From: Methanobacteriota archaeon
Lineage (GTDB): Archaea; Thermoplasmatota; Poseidoniia; Poseidoniales; Poseidoniaceae
NCBI GenBank assembly: GCA_018659375.1
Contig: JABJMO010000009.1
Span: 36,320-100,319 of the forward strand
Length of the DNA: 64,000 nt
Direction of reading: 5' to 3'
Position 1 is the stretch's first letter. Each line of letters starts with the position of its first letter. The notes beneath the pieces are model-generated. The model saw only the letters and a list, made by a program, of their open reading frames with translations, did not search any database and was not told the DNA's origin. This document shows positions 8,598-18,463 of the stretch, piece after piece. The translations under genes were made by a program, and so were the position numbers.

Positions 8598-10637
8598 TCA
8601 CCCTAGGATGTCGTCTAAGATAGCATCATCGCTTATTTCAGGGATAGTTACTTTGAGTAAATTATTTTCCTCCATGGCCACTTTAATGGCTTCGATGGCT
8701 CCAGGATTACGTGCCCAAGCCCTTCTTGCAACTCCGTTATTTACGTCCCAATGTAACATAGATTCAATCTTCTTTTTTGCAGATTGTGAACCATCAATTA
8801 ATAATCCAAATCCACCATTTATCACTTCACCCCATCCAACTCCTCCGCCATTGTGTAAACTTATCCAGGTTGCTCCCCTGAAGGAATCACCGACGAAATT
8901 CTGAACCGCCATATCTGCAGTAAACATAGAACCATCACGAATATTAGCAGTCTCTCTGTATGGGCTATCCGTACCAGATACATCGTGGTGGTCTCTACCC
9001 AATACTATCGGCGCCGATATATATCCATCCGCAATGGCTTGATTCATTGCAAGGGCAATTTTACGCCGCCCCACATCATTGGCGTACAATATTCTTGCTT
9101 GACTACCTACTACTAGGTTATTCTCCCCGGCTTGTTTAATCCATCTAATGTTGTCATTTAATTGTTGGATTATGGAAGGTGATGCTCCCACTGTTAGACC
9201 TTGCAATACTTCTTTTGCTATTTGATCGGTTTTAGCTAAATCCTGAGGGTCACCAGAAGTGCAAACCCATCTGTAAGGTCCAAAGCCATAATCAAAACAA
9301 ATGGGTCCCATTATATCTTCAACATAACTAGGATATCGGAAACTACCATCATCATTTAGCACATCTGCACCTGCTCTCGAGGATTCAAGCAGAAAGGCGT
9401 TGCCATAATCCCAAAAGAACATACCATTAGCTGATAATTTGTTAATCGCGTCTGCATGTCTGCATAGTGTTTTGCGGATTTCAAGAGCAAACTTATCTGG
9501 GTCATTTGACATCATTTGAACTGACTCATCATAGGTGTAATCAGCAGGAAAATAACCACCTTGATACGGATTGTGTAGCGAGGTTTGGTCGCTTCCCAAA
9601 TCTATTTTGACGCCTCTTTCAACGATTCGTTCCCATAATTCAACAATGTTACCAATATGTCCAATCGATATCGCACTGCCTTCCTTTGCTGCTGATACAA
9701 GCAAATCAATTGAATTATCTATATCGTAAGACAAATCGGTCAGCCAACCTTGTGCATGGCGTTTTACTGCGGCATGTTCATTCATTTCAGCAACAATACA
9801 TGCTGCACCCGAGATGACTGCAGCTTTTGCTTGCGCACCAGACATTCCACCTAGCCCTGAAGTTACGAAAGTAATACCAGACAAATCTCGATCAGGGGGT
9901 AATTCTAAATGCATTCTGGCCGCATTTAGGAGAGTAATAGTAGTTCCATGGACGATTCCTTGGGGGCCGATATACATGTAAGAACCAGCAGTCATTTGAC
10001 CATATTGGGTTACTCCAATGGAATTCATGGTCTCATAATCTTCTCTAGAACTATAATTTGGTATCACCATACCATTGGTAACAACAACTCGCGGAGAGTT
10101 TGGGTCTGATGGAAATAATCCCATTGGATGGCCAGAGTACATAACTAAGGTTTGATGATCGGTCATTTGACAAAGATATTGCATAGTTAAGCGGTACTGT
10201 GCCCAGTTTTGAAACACGGAGCCATTACCACCATAAGTGATTAATTCATGTGGAAATTGAGCAACTCTTTTATCCAAATTATTCATAATCATTAACATGA
10301 TTGAAGCGGCTTGTTGAGATTTTGCTGGATATGCTGATATTGGATGCGCCTTAATTTCATAAGCAGTTGGCCTATACCTTTGCATGGTGATTCTGCCAAA
10401 GGAATTCAATTCTTGTAAGAATTCTTTAGCTAGTGTAGCATGAAGATCCGCATTAAAGTATCTTAATGCGTTTTTAATTGCAAGTCTTTTTCCATTATCA
10501 TCTAATACCTGTCGACGATTTGGAGCGTGGTCTACTGAGTCATCGTGGCCCGGATGATTAGGCAAATTATCAGGTATACCTGATAACAGGGATGTTCTTA
10601 GCGTAGAATAGTCTTCTCCCATGATAATCCCAATCAT
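8598..10637 (-). CDS. hutU: urocanate hydratase (urocanase), long form with an N-terminal extension of about 85 aa
   Basis: The core aligns to urocanases from LMIMNNLD...YGGNGSVFQNWAQY onward. NAD-binding GLGGMSGAQ motif. 679 aa versus about 555 aa for typical bacterial enzymes. Confidence 0.8.
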   Translation of the reverse strand: MIGIIMGEDYSTLRTSLLSGIPDNLPNHPGHDDSVDHAPNRRQVLDDNGKRLAIKNALRYFNADLHATLAKEFLQELNSFGRITMQRYRPTAYEIKAHPISAYPAKSQQAASIMLMIMNNLDKRVAQFPHELITYGGNGSVFQNWAQYRLTMQYLCQMTDHQTLVMYSGHPMGLFPSDPNSPRVVVTNGMVIPNYSSREDYETMNSIGVTQYGQMTAGSYMYIGPQGIVHGTTITLLNAARMHLELPPDRDLSGITFVTSGLGGMSGAQAKAAVISGAACIVAEMNEHAAVKRHAQGWLTDLSYDIDNSIDLLVSAAKEGSAISIGHIGNIVELWERIVERGVKIDLGSDQTSLHNPYQGGYFPADYTYDESVQMMSNDPDKFALEIRKTLCRHADAINKLSANGMFFWDYGNAFLLESSRAGADVLNDDGSFRYPSYVEDIMGPICFDYGFGPYRWVCTSGDPQDLAKTDQIAKEVLQGLTVGASPSIIQQLNDNIRWIKQAGENNLVVGSQARILYANDVGRRKIALAMNQAIADGYISAPIVLGRDHHDVSGTDSPYRETANIRDGSMFTADMAVQNFVGDSFRGATWISLHNGGGVGWGEVINGGFGLLIDGSQSAKKKIESMLHWDVNNGVARRAWARNPGAIEAIKVAMEENNLLKVTIPEISDDAILDDILG

Positions 10638-10652
10638 TGGAGTTCTTTGAGC

Positions 10653-11906
10653 CTATTGTTTGACCGTTGTGTCAATATCAGGACGCCAAAAGGTAAATAT
10701 TATCCCACAAATAATCATTAATAATGAAAATGAGATAAATCCGTTCTTTAGTGTTAAACCTTGATATTCAACAAGATAACCTGCTATGGTAGTTGATAAT
10801 GCTGCACTGGTTCCAAGGATCAACATGTCCATTGAAAATACTCGCCCGCGGACTTCATCTTCCACCCACATTTGAGTCAGTACTGTAGAGAGTACCCAAT
10901 TACCCCCACTTGCAGAGTGAGCACAAATAATTAGCAAGACAGTTAATGGTAGATATATATCTAAACTAATACCAACTAACAGGTAGAAGAAACCTGAGAT
11001 TGTCACTAATATGCCAATTAATGTAGGCCATTTGGCTTTATCTTTGAATATTGCACGCGCCAACAAAGGGCCAATACCTGTACCAACACCGCGGGCGAAG
11101 AAAAACAATCCAAATCCAAACGCTGCTCCATAACCTGTTAATTCAGAACCTGCCAAAACAAGAAACACACCGGCCAATCCTGCACCGGCTAAATTCCACG
11201 ATGACTTTGCGAAGACAATTCTGAGCAATTTTTTATCGGAGTATATCCTTGACCATCCAATTTTGATATTGGCTAATGCTGTACCGAATAACGGCCCCTT
11301 CATTTTAGGATCTATATTTTGACTAAACTTAAGTGGAATAAGCAATAATGAAGACAACAAAAATGTGTATGAATCTATGATAAATGCCATATCTGTGCCC
11401 CAGATACTTACCACTATACCGCCAAGCATAGCCCCTATACACAGAGCTGTTGACCAAGAGGCACTGTCGATAGCGTTAGCGGTTATTAGGTCCTCTTCAT
11501 CAACAATGTTTGGTAATGCGGCGCGTTCTGCGGTCACATAGACTCCGTGTAATAACATCATTAAGCCAGATAACGTTACTAGCCACCACATATCTTCTGG
11601 TCCGTCCACTAACAGGAATGATAGTGCTAGACCGACTTGTAATATGTTAGCCCATAGCATCAAACTCTTACGGCTGAACCTATCTGCTAACAATCCATTA
11701 ACAGGTTGAGAGATGGCGAAAAGCGCCATTCTCACAGAAAATAAAATACCTAAAAGAAATTCTGAGCCTGAATATTCTAAAATTAAGAAAAATAATGCAA
11801 TGGTATTGAACCATTCACCCAGTAATGAGATTACAGAAGCAGCCCATAGTCTTCTGAATTTGGCGTTGCTAAAGAAAAACTCAACATAACCTTTAGTCAA
11901 TTTCAC
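10653..11906 (-). CDS. MFS-family transporter (12 predicted TM), possibly histidine/urocanate or other substrate uptake
   Basis: 417 aa, hydrophobic throughout with a major-facilitator-like pattern. Lies between ydeP and hutU with a 4-nt overlap upstream. Confidence 0.55.
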   Translation of the reverse strand: MKLTKGYVEFFFSNAKFRRLWAASVISLLGEWFNTIALFFLILEYSGSEFLLGILFSVRMALFAISQPVNGLLADRFSRKSLMLWANILQVGLALSFLLVDGPEDMWWLVTLSGLMMLLHGVYVTAERAALPNIVDEEDLITANAIDSASWSTALCIGAMLGGIVVSIWGTDMAFIIDSYTFLLSSLLLIPLKFSQNIDPKMKGPLFGTALANIKIGWSRIYSDKKLLRIVFAKSSWNLAGAGLAGVFLVLAGSELTGYGAAFGFGLFFFARGVGTGIGPLLARAIFKDKAKWPTLIGILVTISGFFYLLVGISLDIYLPLTVLLIICAHSASGGNWVLSTVLTQMWVEDEVRGRVFSMDMLILGTSAALSTTIAGYLVEYQGLTLKNGFISFSLLMIICGIIFTFWRPDIDTTVKQ

Positions 11907-14215
11907 TCCTCCTCAGCAATCGAATCATTACTACTTATGGTGCAGATAATCCATTTAGAGGTTGGAGTATTTGAGAGGGCAGCAGTTGACTCTAGTGGTA
12001 CTAATTCGTTCGCCTCAGGGAAATATGCTGCAATATTCCTTTTTGGTATATTGTATGGAATTACCAACCATTTTTGAGAAAATCGTTTAGTTCCCTTGAA
12101 ATGGCTGGTGATGTTTACGCAGTCCCTTGTTTTTAAGTTTCTTTCTAACATGTCATGGGGGTTCATCATCAAGACTCTTCGGTTACCTTTTATTCCACGA
12201 TACCTATCGTCAAGCCCGTAAATCGTGGTGTTATATTGATCATGTGATCTTATTGTCATCATAACAAACTCGCCTTCATTTAGGGAAACATCGGGTAGTG
12301 GATTCACTGAAAAATGAGCAAACCCGTCATTGGTCTCAAATTCGCAACTATCTTTTGGAGGATTAGGTAGATAAAATCCATTAGATTGCCTAACTCTAGT
12401 ATTATAATCCTCAAAACCACTAATTGATTGGCTGATTATATCTCTTATGTTGTCGTAGTTTTCAACGCAACCCAGCCAGTCAATATTGGATTCAGGTAAC
12501 GTTAAATCAGCCAGATTGCCAATTATCCATGGTTCACTTCTCAACATATTAGACGCTGGTTTTAGTTTGCCTTGGGATTTATGAACGATTCCCATTGAAT
12601 TTTCGACCGTTACGAATTGTTCGACTTCAGCTTGAATATCTGACTCTGTACGACCTAAACAAGGTAGGATTAACGATTCGTTTCCATTCACTAAATGAGA
12701 TCTATTTAGTTTAGTGGAAACATGTACGACCATATCTAACTTTGACACAGCAGTTGCAGTTCTAGTAGTGTCGGGTGTGGCAGAAATAAAGTTCCCCCCC
12801 AAACAGAACAAAAAGTCTACATCGTTACTTTCCATTGCTGAAATCGAATGAACAACATCATAGCCATGTTTTCTAGGAATAGAATTTTTGAGTCCCAACT
12901 CCATTTTCTCAATGAATGACTCACTAGGAGCTTCCCAAATACCAACAGTTCTGTTACCTTGAACATTTGAATGTCCTCTTACTGGGCATAAACCGGCACC
13001 GACACGGCCGATATGCCCACCAAGCAAATGCAGATTTACTACTTCTTGAATTACGTGAACCCCGTTCCTGTGCTGCGTCAGACCCATGGCCCAACAAGAG
13101 ATTATGGATTTAGAATTGATAATTATATTTGACAACTTATCTATTTGAGTTCTGGAAATCCCTGAGTCTGTTTCTATTCTGCTCCAATCTATCTTTTCTA
13201 ATGATTTTACTAGTTCTTCATATGATTTAGTTTTCTTAGCGATGAATCCTTCATCAATTGACCCAGCATCAATAGTTAGTTTGTTTATAGCTTGCAATAA
13301 TGCCGCATCACCACCAATTTTAACCTGTAAATGCATATCTGCAAGGCCAGTTGAAGTTAAATTAAGCGTCATGTAGTCTTGTGGATGCTTGAATCTAACT
13401 AAACCTGTTTCTGGAAGAGGATTGATGTGTATTATCTTAGCGCCGTTCAATTTAGCATCTCTAAGCGCAGTCAGCATACGTGGGTGATTAGTACCTGGGT
13501 TTTGGCCAATTACCAAAATTGTGTCTGCATGATTAAAATCATCCAATGTTACAGTTCCTTTACCGATACCTATGGTCGGTTCCAATGCCTTACCGCTAGA
13601 TTCGTGACACATATTAGAGCAATCTGGCATATTATTAGTTCCAAGTAACCTTACGAATGCCTGATATAGAAAAGCGGCTTCATTACTTGTTCTGCCAGAA
13701 GTGTAAAAAACAGCTCTGTTAGGGCTGGCTAATGAATTAATTTTACGCGAAATAATTTTTAATGATTTTTCCCAACTAATAGGACTATAATTTGACTCGC
13801 CAGGACCTATATACATTGGTTGGTTGATTCTTCCTTGGCTATTAAGCCAATAATCACTCTTCTTTGATAACTCTTTAACGGAGTATTTGGCAAAAAAATC
13901 TGCATTCACATTTGCCTTCATTGCTTCATCTGCCACTGCCTTAGCGCCGTTTTCACAAAATTCGAATGAAGACCTGTGTTCGGGGTCTGGCCAAGCACAA
14001 CCAGGACAATCAAAACCTTCTTTTTGATTAACCATCCTCAATGTTTTGATGGTATTTGTCAGACCCATTTTCTTGAGTGAATGTTTCGCACTGGAGATAA
14101 CTGCTGGAATACCTGCTGCAGTCTTTTTAGGCTTCCTAATCTTAAGCGGGATGTTTTCTATAGGTGTTTTACCATTCATTATATTCACCCTATTAACCAG
14201 CCTCTTTGAAATCAA
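11903..14215 (-). CDS. ydeP: molybdopterin-dependent oxidoreductase of the YdeP/FdhF-like family (formate-dehydrogenase-H-like catalytic subunit, substrate unknown)
   Basis: 770 aa. Strong family motifs: EGFDCPGCAWPDPEH, FYTSGRTSNEAAFLYQ, PDCSNMCHE, IRSHDQYNTTIYG. Size matches E. coli YdeP (about 760 aa). Confidence 0.8.
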   Translation of the reverse strand: MISKRLVNRVNIMNGKTPIENIPLKIRKPKKTAAGIPAVISSAKHSLKKMGLTNTIKTLRMVNQKEGFDCPGCAWPDPEHRSSFEFCENGAKAVADEAMKANVNADFFAKYSVKELSKKSDYWLNSQGRINQPMYIGPGESNYSPISWEKSLKIISRKINSLASPNRAVFYTSGRTSNEAAFLYQAFVRLLGTNNMPDCSNMCHESSGKALEPTIGIGKGTVTLDDFNHADTILVIGQNPGTNHPRMLTALRDAKLNGAKIIHINPLPETGLVRFKHPQDYMTLNLTSTGLADMHLQVKIGGDAALLQAINKLTIDAGSIDEGFIAKKTKSYEELVKSLEKIDWSRIETDSGISRTQIDKLSNIIINSKSIISCWAMGLTQHRNGVHVIQEVVNLHLLGGHIGRVGAGLCPVRGHSNVQGNRTVGIWEAPSESFIEKMELGLKNSIPRKHGYDVVHSISAMESNDVDFLFCLGGNFISATPDTTRTATAVSKLDMVVHVSTKLNRSHLVNGNESLILPCLGRTESDIQAEVEQFVTVENSMGIVHKSQGKLKPASNMLRSEPWIIGNLADLTLPESNIDWLGCVENYDNIRDIISQSISGFEDYNTRVRQSNGFYLPNPPKDSCEFETNDGFAHFSVNPLPDVSLNEGEFVMMTIRSHDQYNTTIYGLDDRYRGIKGNRRVLMMNPHDMLERNLKTRDCVNITSHFKGTKRFSQKWLVIPYNIPKRNIAAYFPEANELVPLESTAALSNTPTSKWIICTISSNDSIAEEE

Positions 14216-14245
14216 TCATTTGAAATCTCTGTATAGATAGATGCA

Positions 14246-15013
14246 CTATCCAATGATTACAGAACTATTTTTTTTGACGAAAGAGTGTATTGTGATACCC
14301 AAACTACGCGCACAAGATGCAGCGAGTGAAGAACAGGCGCCAATTGAAGCAATAGTAGGGATATTACAACGGGCGGCTTTAGCGACAATATCCCATCCGC
14401 ATCTGCCACTTAGTAACAGAATAGAATCATTAAATTCAATCTGGTTAAAGCCATTGCCGATTACCTTGTCAACAGCATTGTGACGGCCAATATCTTCACT
14501 TTGGAATTGTAACTTACCATCATGTGTCAATAGACCTGCGCAGTGCATGCCACCAGTCTTGATGAATCCCGTTTGATTTTCCGACATCTCCTTAAGCCCA
14601 CGATATAAAATATTAGAATCAAAATCATTAGACGGTTTTACACTTGGTAAGCCATTTACCAATAATTCCATTCCGTCTAACTTACATGCACCACATGATG
14701 TTGTAGTAACTCCTAATGATTTACTTGGGGTTATTTCGAGATTAGATATCCTCACATCGACTAATATGGTGCCATGAATATCGGTTTTAGTTATAGTGTT
14801 AGACTTATCAATTCTAGTTGTTGAGTTGATATATCCTTCCGCTAATAGATGACCAATAATTAAATCATCACAATTATCTGGTGAAGCCAATAAGTTAGCT
14901 AAAGGTTCTTGATTAACTGTCAATTTTACGAGAGATTCAATCGCAATATCATCAGTTTGAATTAATCTGTCACCCTCATTGAGCCTTGAGATTGGAATCT
15001 TGCGATAATTCAC
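14246..15013 (-). CDS. fdhD: formate dehydrogenase family accessory protein FdhD (sulfur carrier for Mo-bisPGD cofactor sulfuration)
   Basis: 255 aa. Conserved Cys motif TTSCGACK, plus GGMHCAGLL and RHNAVDK. Located immediately upstream of ydeP, as expected for FdhD with its molybdoenzyme partner. Confidence 0.75.
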   Translation of the reverse strand: MNYRKIPISRLNEGDRLIQTDDIAIESLVKLTVNQEPLANLLASPDNCDDLIIGHLLAEGYINSTTRIDKSNTITKTDIHGTILVDVRISNLEITPSKSLGVTTTSCGACKLDGMELLVNGLPSVKPSNDFDSNILYRGLKEMSENQTGFIKTGGMHCAGLLTHDGKLQFQSEDIGRHNAVDKVIGNGFNQIEFNDSILLLSGRCGWDIVAKAARCNIPTIASIGACSSLAASCARSLGITIHSFVKKNSSVIIG

Positions 15014-15015
15014 TA

Positions 15016-15567
15016 TTAATCACCACTTCTCAAGTGTTCAAGATCAAAGTATTCAAACTGAAGTTCAACTAAGTCTTGACTAGTTTTGGCAGAGGAATAT
15101 TCTTCGAGCGGTTCATAATTTAATTCAATAAATCTCTGCCCCCAACGAAATCCAGAAAGGAGTTCTTTAGCTTGCATTTTATTCCCACACAAATAAGCCG
15201 CTGCGGCTAATGCTTCAATGGTTGACAATTTGCCAGGCTTACCCCAATTTACTGGATTTGCCGCCAAAAATAATGGTAACATTCTTGGCTTTAGCCTGGT
15301 TCTCCTCATAACCAACTCAACGCTTGATTCAATTTGCTTCCAACTGCAATCTAAACCAACAATTGAGCCGTTATTTTCCGTGACCAATTCATGATCTTCG
15401 GGACCAAAAATCTTGCCGCACAAAGGTTCTAGAATTATCCCTTTTTTCGGGAGGGTATTGATTCGTTTGTGCAGAGTGATGTCGCCTCGTTTCGAAGATA
15501 ATACTGCTGTATTTTTTTTGGGGTCGTCCTGAGCAAGCCATAGCGAATGTATGTTCAATTCTCTCAT
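15016..15567 (-). CDS. tsr3: Tsr3-like (DUF367) small-subunit rRNA aminocarboxypropyltransferase
   Basis: 183 aa with the pattern RLKPRMLPLFLAANPVNWGKPGKLSTIEALAAAAYLCG, typical of archaeal Tsr3/DUF367. Confidence 0.5.
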   Translation of the reverse strand: MRELNIHSLWLAQDDPKKNTAVLSSKRGDITLHKRINTLPKKGIILEPLCGKIFGPEDHELVTENNGSIVGLDCSWKQIESSVELVMRRTRLKPRMLPLFLAANPVNWGKPGKLSTIEALAAAAYLCGNKMQAKELLSGFRWGQRFIELNYEPLEEYSSAKTSQDLVELQFEYFDLEHLRSGD

Positions 15568-16056
15568 TCAAGCACCATTTTGTTTAAAGTAATCACCTAA
15601 AGTCATGTTTCTATTGCCATGATGTACCACTCTTGAGGTTTCAGAAGGCGTAGATTCGACAAGTAATACTATTCCCAAAACTTTTTCTAATTTTTTAATT
15701 AGTGAATCGGTAGGTGGTTTGCCTGACTCAGCAGATTTTATGACATTAACAGTTTCAGCAATCCGCTTACCTAATTCTGCATGATTCCAACCTTTGGCTT
15801 TTCTAGCACTGGTGATTCGGTTGCCAAAATCTTCCGCTAACTCTTTTTCCCGCTTAGCCATTATGTCATTTTTTTTGCGGGGTTTGGAACCGGCAAATGG
15901 CGTTCTTGTACGCGACATTTTGATTCCAGGGGCTTCTTCTTTAGGCGCCAATCCGAGCTTTTCAACGCAACGCATGCAAGCGTGGACTTGTGCTTTCCCC
16001 ATCATTATTGGCTTTGTACCAACTTTCATGGCACCACACACTTCGCATTCTCCCAT
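15568..16056 (-). CDS. mbf1: archaeal multiprotein-bridging factor 1 (N-terminal zinc ribbon plus C-terminal Cro/C1-type HTH)
   Basis: 162 aa. CEVCG...CMRC zinc ribbon. HTH segment ITSARKAKGWNHAELGKRIAETVNVIKSAESGK. Confidence 0.7.
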   Translation of the reverse strand: MGECEVCGAMKVGTKPIMMGKAQVHACMRCVEKLGLAPKEEAPGIKMSRTRTPFAGSKPRKKNDIMAKREKELAEDFGNRITSARKAKGWNHAELGKRIAETVNVIKSAESGKPPTDSLIKKLEKVLGIVLLVESTPSETSRVVHHGNRNMTLGDYFKQNGA

Positions 16057-16153
16057 TACCCCACCATGCTATCCTGTGCAATCATCAAAATGAATCTTGT
16101 CATGATTTTAGGTAGAGTTCATAGATGATTGGCGTTAGGAGTGATTGAGCGAC

Positions 16154-17374
16154 ATGGTAGGGGACGTGGGAACACCAACTAAAGACATCATATCTTCGAA
16201 TGATGAGGACCTAAAAAAACTGGAAGATGATTTCAAAAGTCTACAAGACCAAACTCAGGATTTAATCAATGAAAGGGCTCACATGGAGTCGGAAATCCGG
16301 TCTTTAAAAAAGCGAGCTAACAGATTAGATGAAGAAGTTAGATCATTAAAATCTCCACCGTTAATCGTTGGGCATCTAGAAGATATTCTAGACCAAGAAA
16401 GGGGAATAGTGCGCTCATCTAACGGAACAGTCTTCCAAGTGGCGCTAAATCAAAGATTAACTCCTAACGTGTTGAAACCTGGTGTCCGTGTAGCCCTAAA
16501 TCAAGACACTTTGGCGGTTATTGAAGTATTACATGACGCCTGGGATCCTATGGTCAGCGGGGCAGAAATGGTTGAACGGCCAGATACAGATTATGATTCA
16601 GTAGCTGGACTTGAAGAACAGAAACAATATGTTAGAGAAGCGATTGAGTTGCCGCTTAATTCTCCAGAATTATTCGAACAAGTTGGCGTTGAGCCACCAA
16701 AGGGTATCTTGTTGGTAGGTCCCCCAGGTTGCGGGAAAACATTACTCGCAAAGGCTGTGGCAAATCACACAGAAGCTACATTTATCCGAATGGTTGGCAG
16801 TGAACTGGCACAAAAATATATTGGGGAAGGCGGCAGAATGGTAAGAGAGTTATTTTCCTTGGCAAAAGAAAAGTCTCCATCAATAATATTTTTAGATGAA
16901 ATTGATGCTATCGGTGCAAAACGTTTGGATGGATCTACTAGTGGAGATAGAGAGGTGCAAAGAACTCTTATGCAATTACTTGCTGAGTTAGATGGCTTTG
17001 ATGCACTCGAGAATGTCAAGATTATTGCTGCCACAAATCGCCCAGATATACTTGATGAAGCGCTATTGCGACCAGGTCGTTTTGACAGAGTTATTGAAAT
17101 TCCAATACCTGACGAAGTCGGTAGGAAGGCGATATTCAAACTAAATATCGATAAAATGTCAACCAAGAAAATACAACTGAAACCGATTGTCGACAAAACT
17201 AATGGTTTTTCAGGAGCAGAAATAAAAGCAACGTGTGTTGAAGCAGGTATGATTGCTATTCGACAAGGTCGTGGATACATAACACAAACTGACTTCATTG
17301 ATTCAATAAAAAGGATTAATTTAAAGAAAGTTAAAGGTGGACTAAAAGATTCTCCTGATGCCATTTACAGTTAA
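16154..17374 (+). CDS. pan: proteasome-activating nucleotidase (AAA+ ATPase)
   Basis: N-terminal coiled coil, OB region, Walker A GPPGCGKT, Walker [10 protein letters not shown], and C-terminal HbYX-type tail ...AIYS. The track start at 16145 is TTG. The first ATG is at 16154. Confidence 0.8.
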   Translation: MVGDVGTPTKDIISSNDEDLKKLEDDFKSLQDQTQDLINERAHMESEIRSLKKRANRLDEEVRSLKSPPLIVGHLEDILDQERGIVRSSNGTVFQVALNQRLTPNVLKPGVRVALNQDTLAVIEVLHDAWDPMVSGAEMVERPDTDYDSVAGLEEQKQYVREAIELPLNSPELFEQVGVEPPKGILLVGPPGCGKTLLAKAVANHTEATFIRMVGSELAQKYIGEGGRMVRELFSLAKEKSPSIIFLDEIDAIGAKRLDGSTSGDREVQRTLMQLLAELDGFDALENVKIIAATNRPDILDEALLRPGRFDRVIEIPIPDEVGRKAIFKLNIDKMSTKKIQLKPIVDKTNGFSGAEIKATCVEAGMIAIRQGRGYITQTDFIDSIKRINLKKVKGGLKDSPDAIYS

Positions 17375-17411
17375 GGCTAACTTCAAAGTCCGCCTTTTAT
17401 TACCATCGTGC

Positions 17412-18458
17412 ATGGAAAAGGCATTGATAGAGTGTGTACCTAATATTTCAGAGGGTAGGAATCTTGATTTAATTAATGAAATTGTCAGCAGTATACCTCA
17501 AAATGAGCATTGTTCGGTACTAAGTGTAGAGCCTGATGCAGACTATAATAGAACAGTTATAACCATAGCAGGAAGTCCTGATGAGGTTTATTTTGCAGCA
17601 TACAAACTTATTGAATCGGCTGTAGAATTAATCGATATGAGCAAACATCATGGTGAACACCCTCGACTTGGTGTTGTTGATGTTTGTCCGTTTATCCCGC
17701 TCAATAATGTCACGATGGATGAATGCTCCTCTCTCGCAGAGAAATTAGCTAAGAAGGTGGCTAAAGAGTTGGGAGTGAGTACTTTTTTGTACGGTTACTC
17801 CGCAACTCATGCAGACCGGAAACTACTCTCTACATTGCGTAAAGGAGAATATGAAGGTCTAGAAAATAGATTGACAAATGGAGAAACCAATCATGAAGAA
17901 ACAACTAGATATCCCGACTTTGGACCTAATAAATGGTGTGATGCAACAAAGAAATCGGGGGGAATAACAATTGGCTCAAGAGATATATTAATTGCATATA
18001 ACGTAAATATTGACGAACCAGAAGCAGTTGTAGCAAAGAAGATTGGTTCCATTATTCGCGGCAGTGGCAGGTTAATTAAGCAAGAAAACGGACAGAAGAT
18101 GCGGGTTACGGGAATGATTCAGGAGATACAAGGGATGGGTGTGACATTAGAAACTCACTCTATTAGCCAAGTTTCAATGAATATATTAGATGTAGATAAA
18201 TGTCCAATTCATAAGGCGTTTGAAATTTGTCACTCATTGGCTAAAGACCATTCTGTATCGCTCAAAGGTAGCGAATTAGTTGGTTTAGTGCCCCTAAAAT
18301 CAATGCTTGAAACTGGTCTATGGTATCTTGGCAAAGGAAATTATTCCGATGAAGAATATGTTGATGCTGCAATCAATGCACTAGGATTATCTGAAATCGA
18401 CAATTTCAATCCACATGAGAGAATAATCGAGTGGGCAATGGCTGGTGATGCTAATTGA
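17412..18458 (+). CDS. ftcD: glutamate formimidoyltransferase (formiminotransferase domain of FtcD; formiminoglutamate + THF -> glutamate + 5-formimino-THF)
   Basis: N-terminus MEKALIECVPNISEGR matches the FT-domain start (LVECVPNFSEG). The track ORF starts at ATG 17358 inside the pan coding region. ATG 17412 is more plausible. Confidence 0.7.
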   Translation: MEKALIECVPNISEGRNLDLINEIVSSIPQNEHCSVLSVEPDADYNRTVITIAGSPDEVYFAAYKLIESAVELIDMSKHHGEHPRLGVVDVCPFIPLNNVTMDECSSLAEKLAKKVAKELGVSTFLYGYSATHADRKLLSTLRKGEYEGLENRLTNGETNHEETTRYPDFGPNKWCDATKKSGGITIGSRDILIAYNVNIDEPEAVVAKKIGSIIRGSGRLIKQENGQKMRVTGMIQEIQGMGVTLETHSISQVSMNILDVDKCPIHKAFEICHSLAKDHSVSLKGSELVGLVPLKSMLETGLWYLGKGNYSDEEYVDAAINALGLSEIDNFNPHERIIEWAMAGDAN

Positions 18459-18463
18459 GTTGG

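Noticed and set aside
16765-17364. 199-aa minus-strand ORF inside pan
   Set aside because: Antisense to a highly conserved AAA+ ATPase gene, with low-complexity Ser-rich translation.
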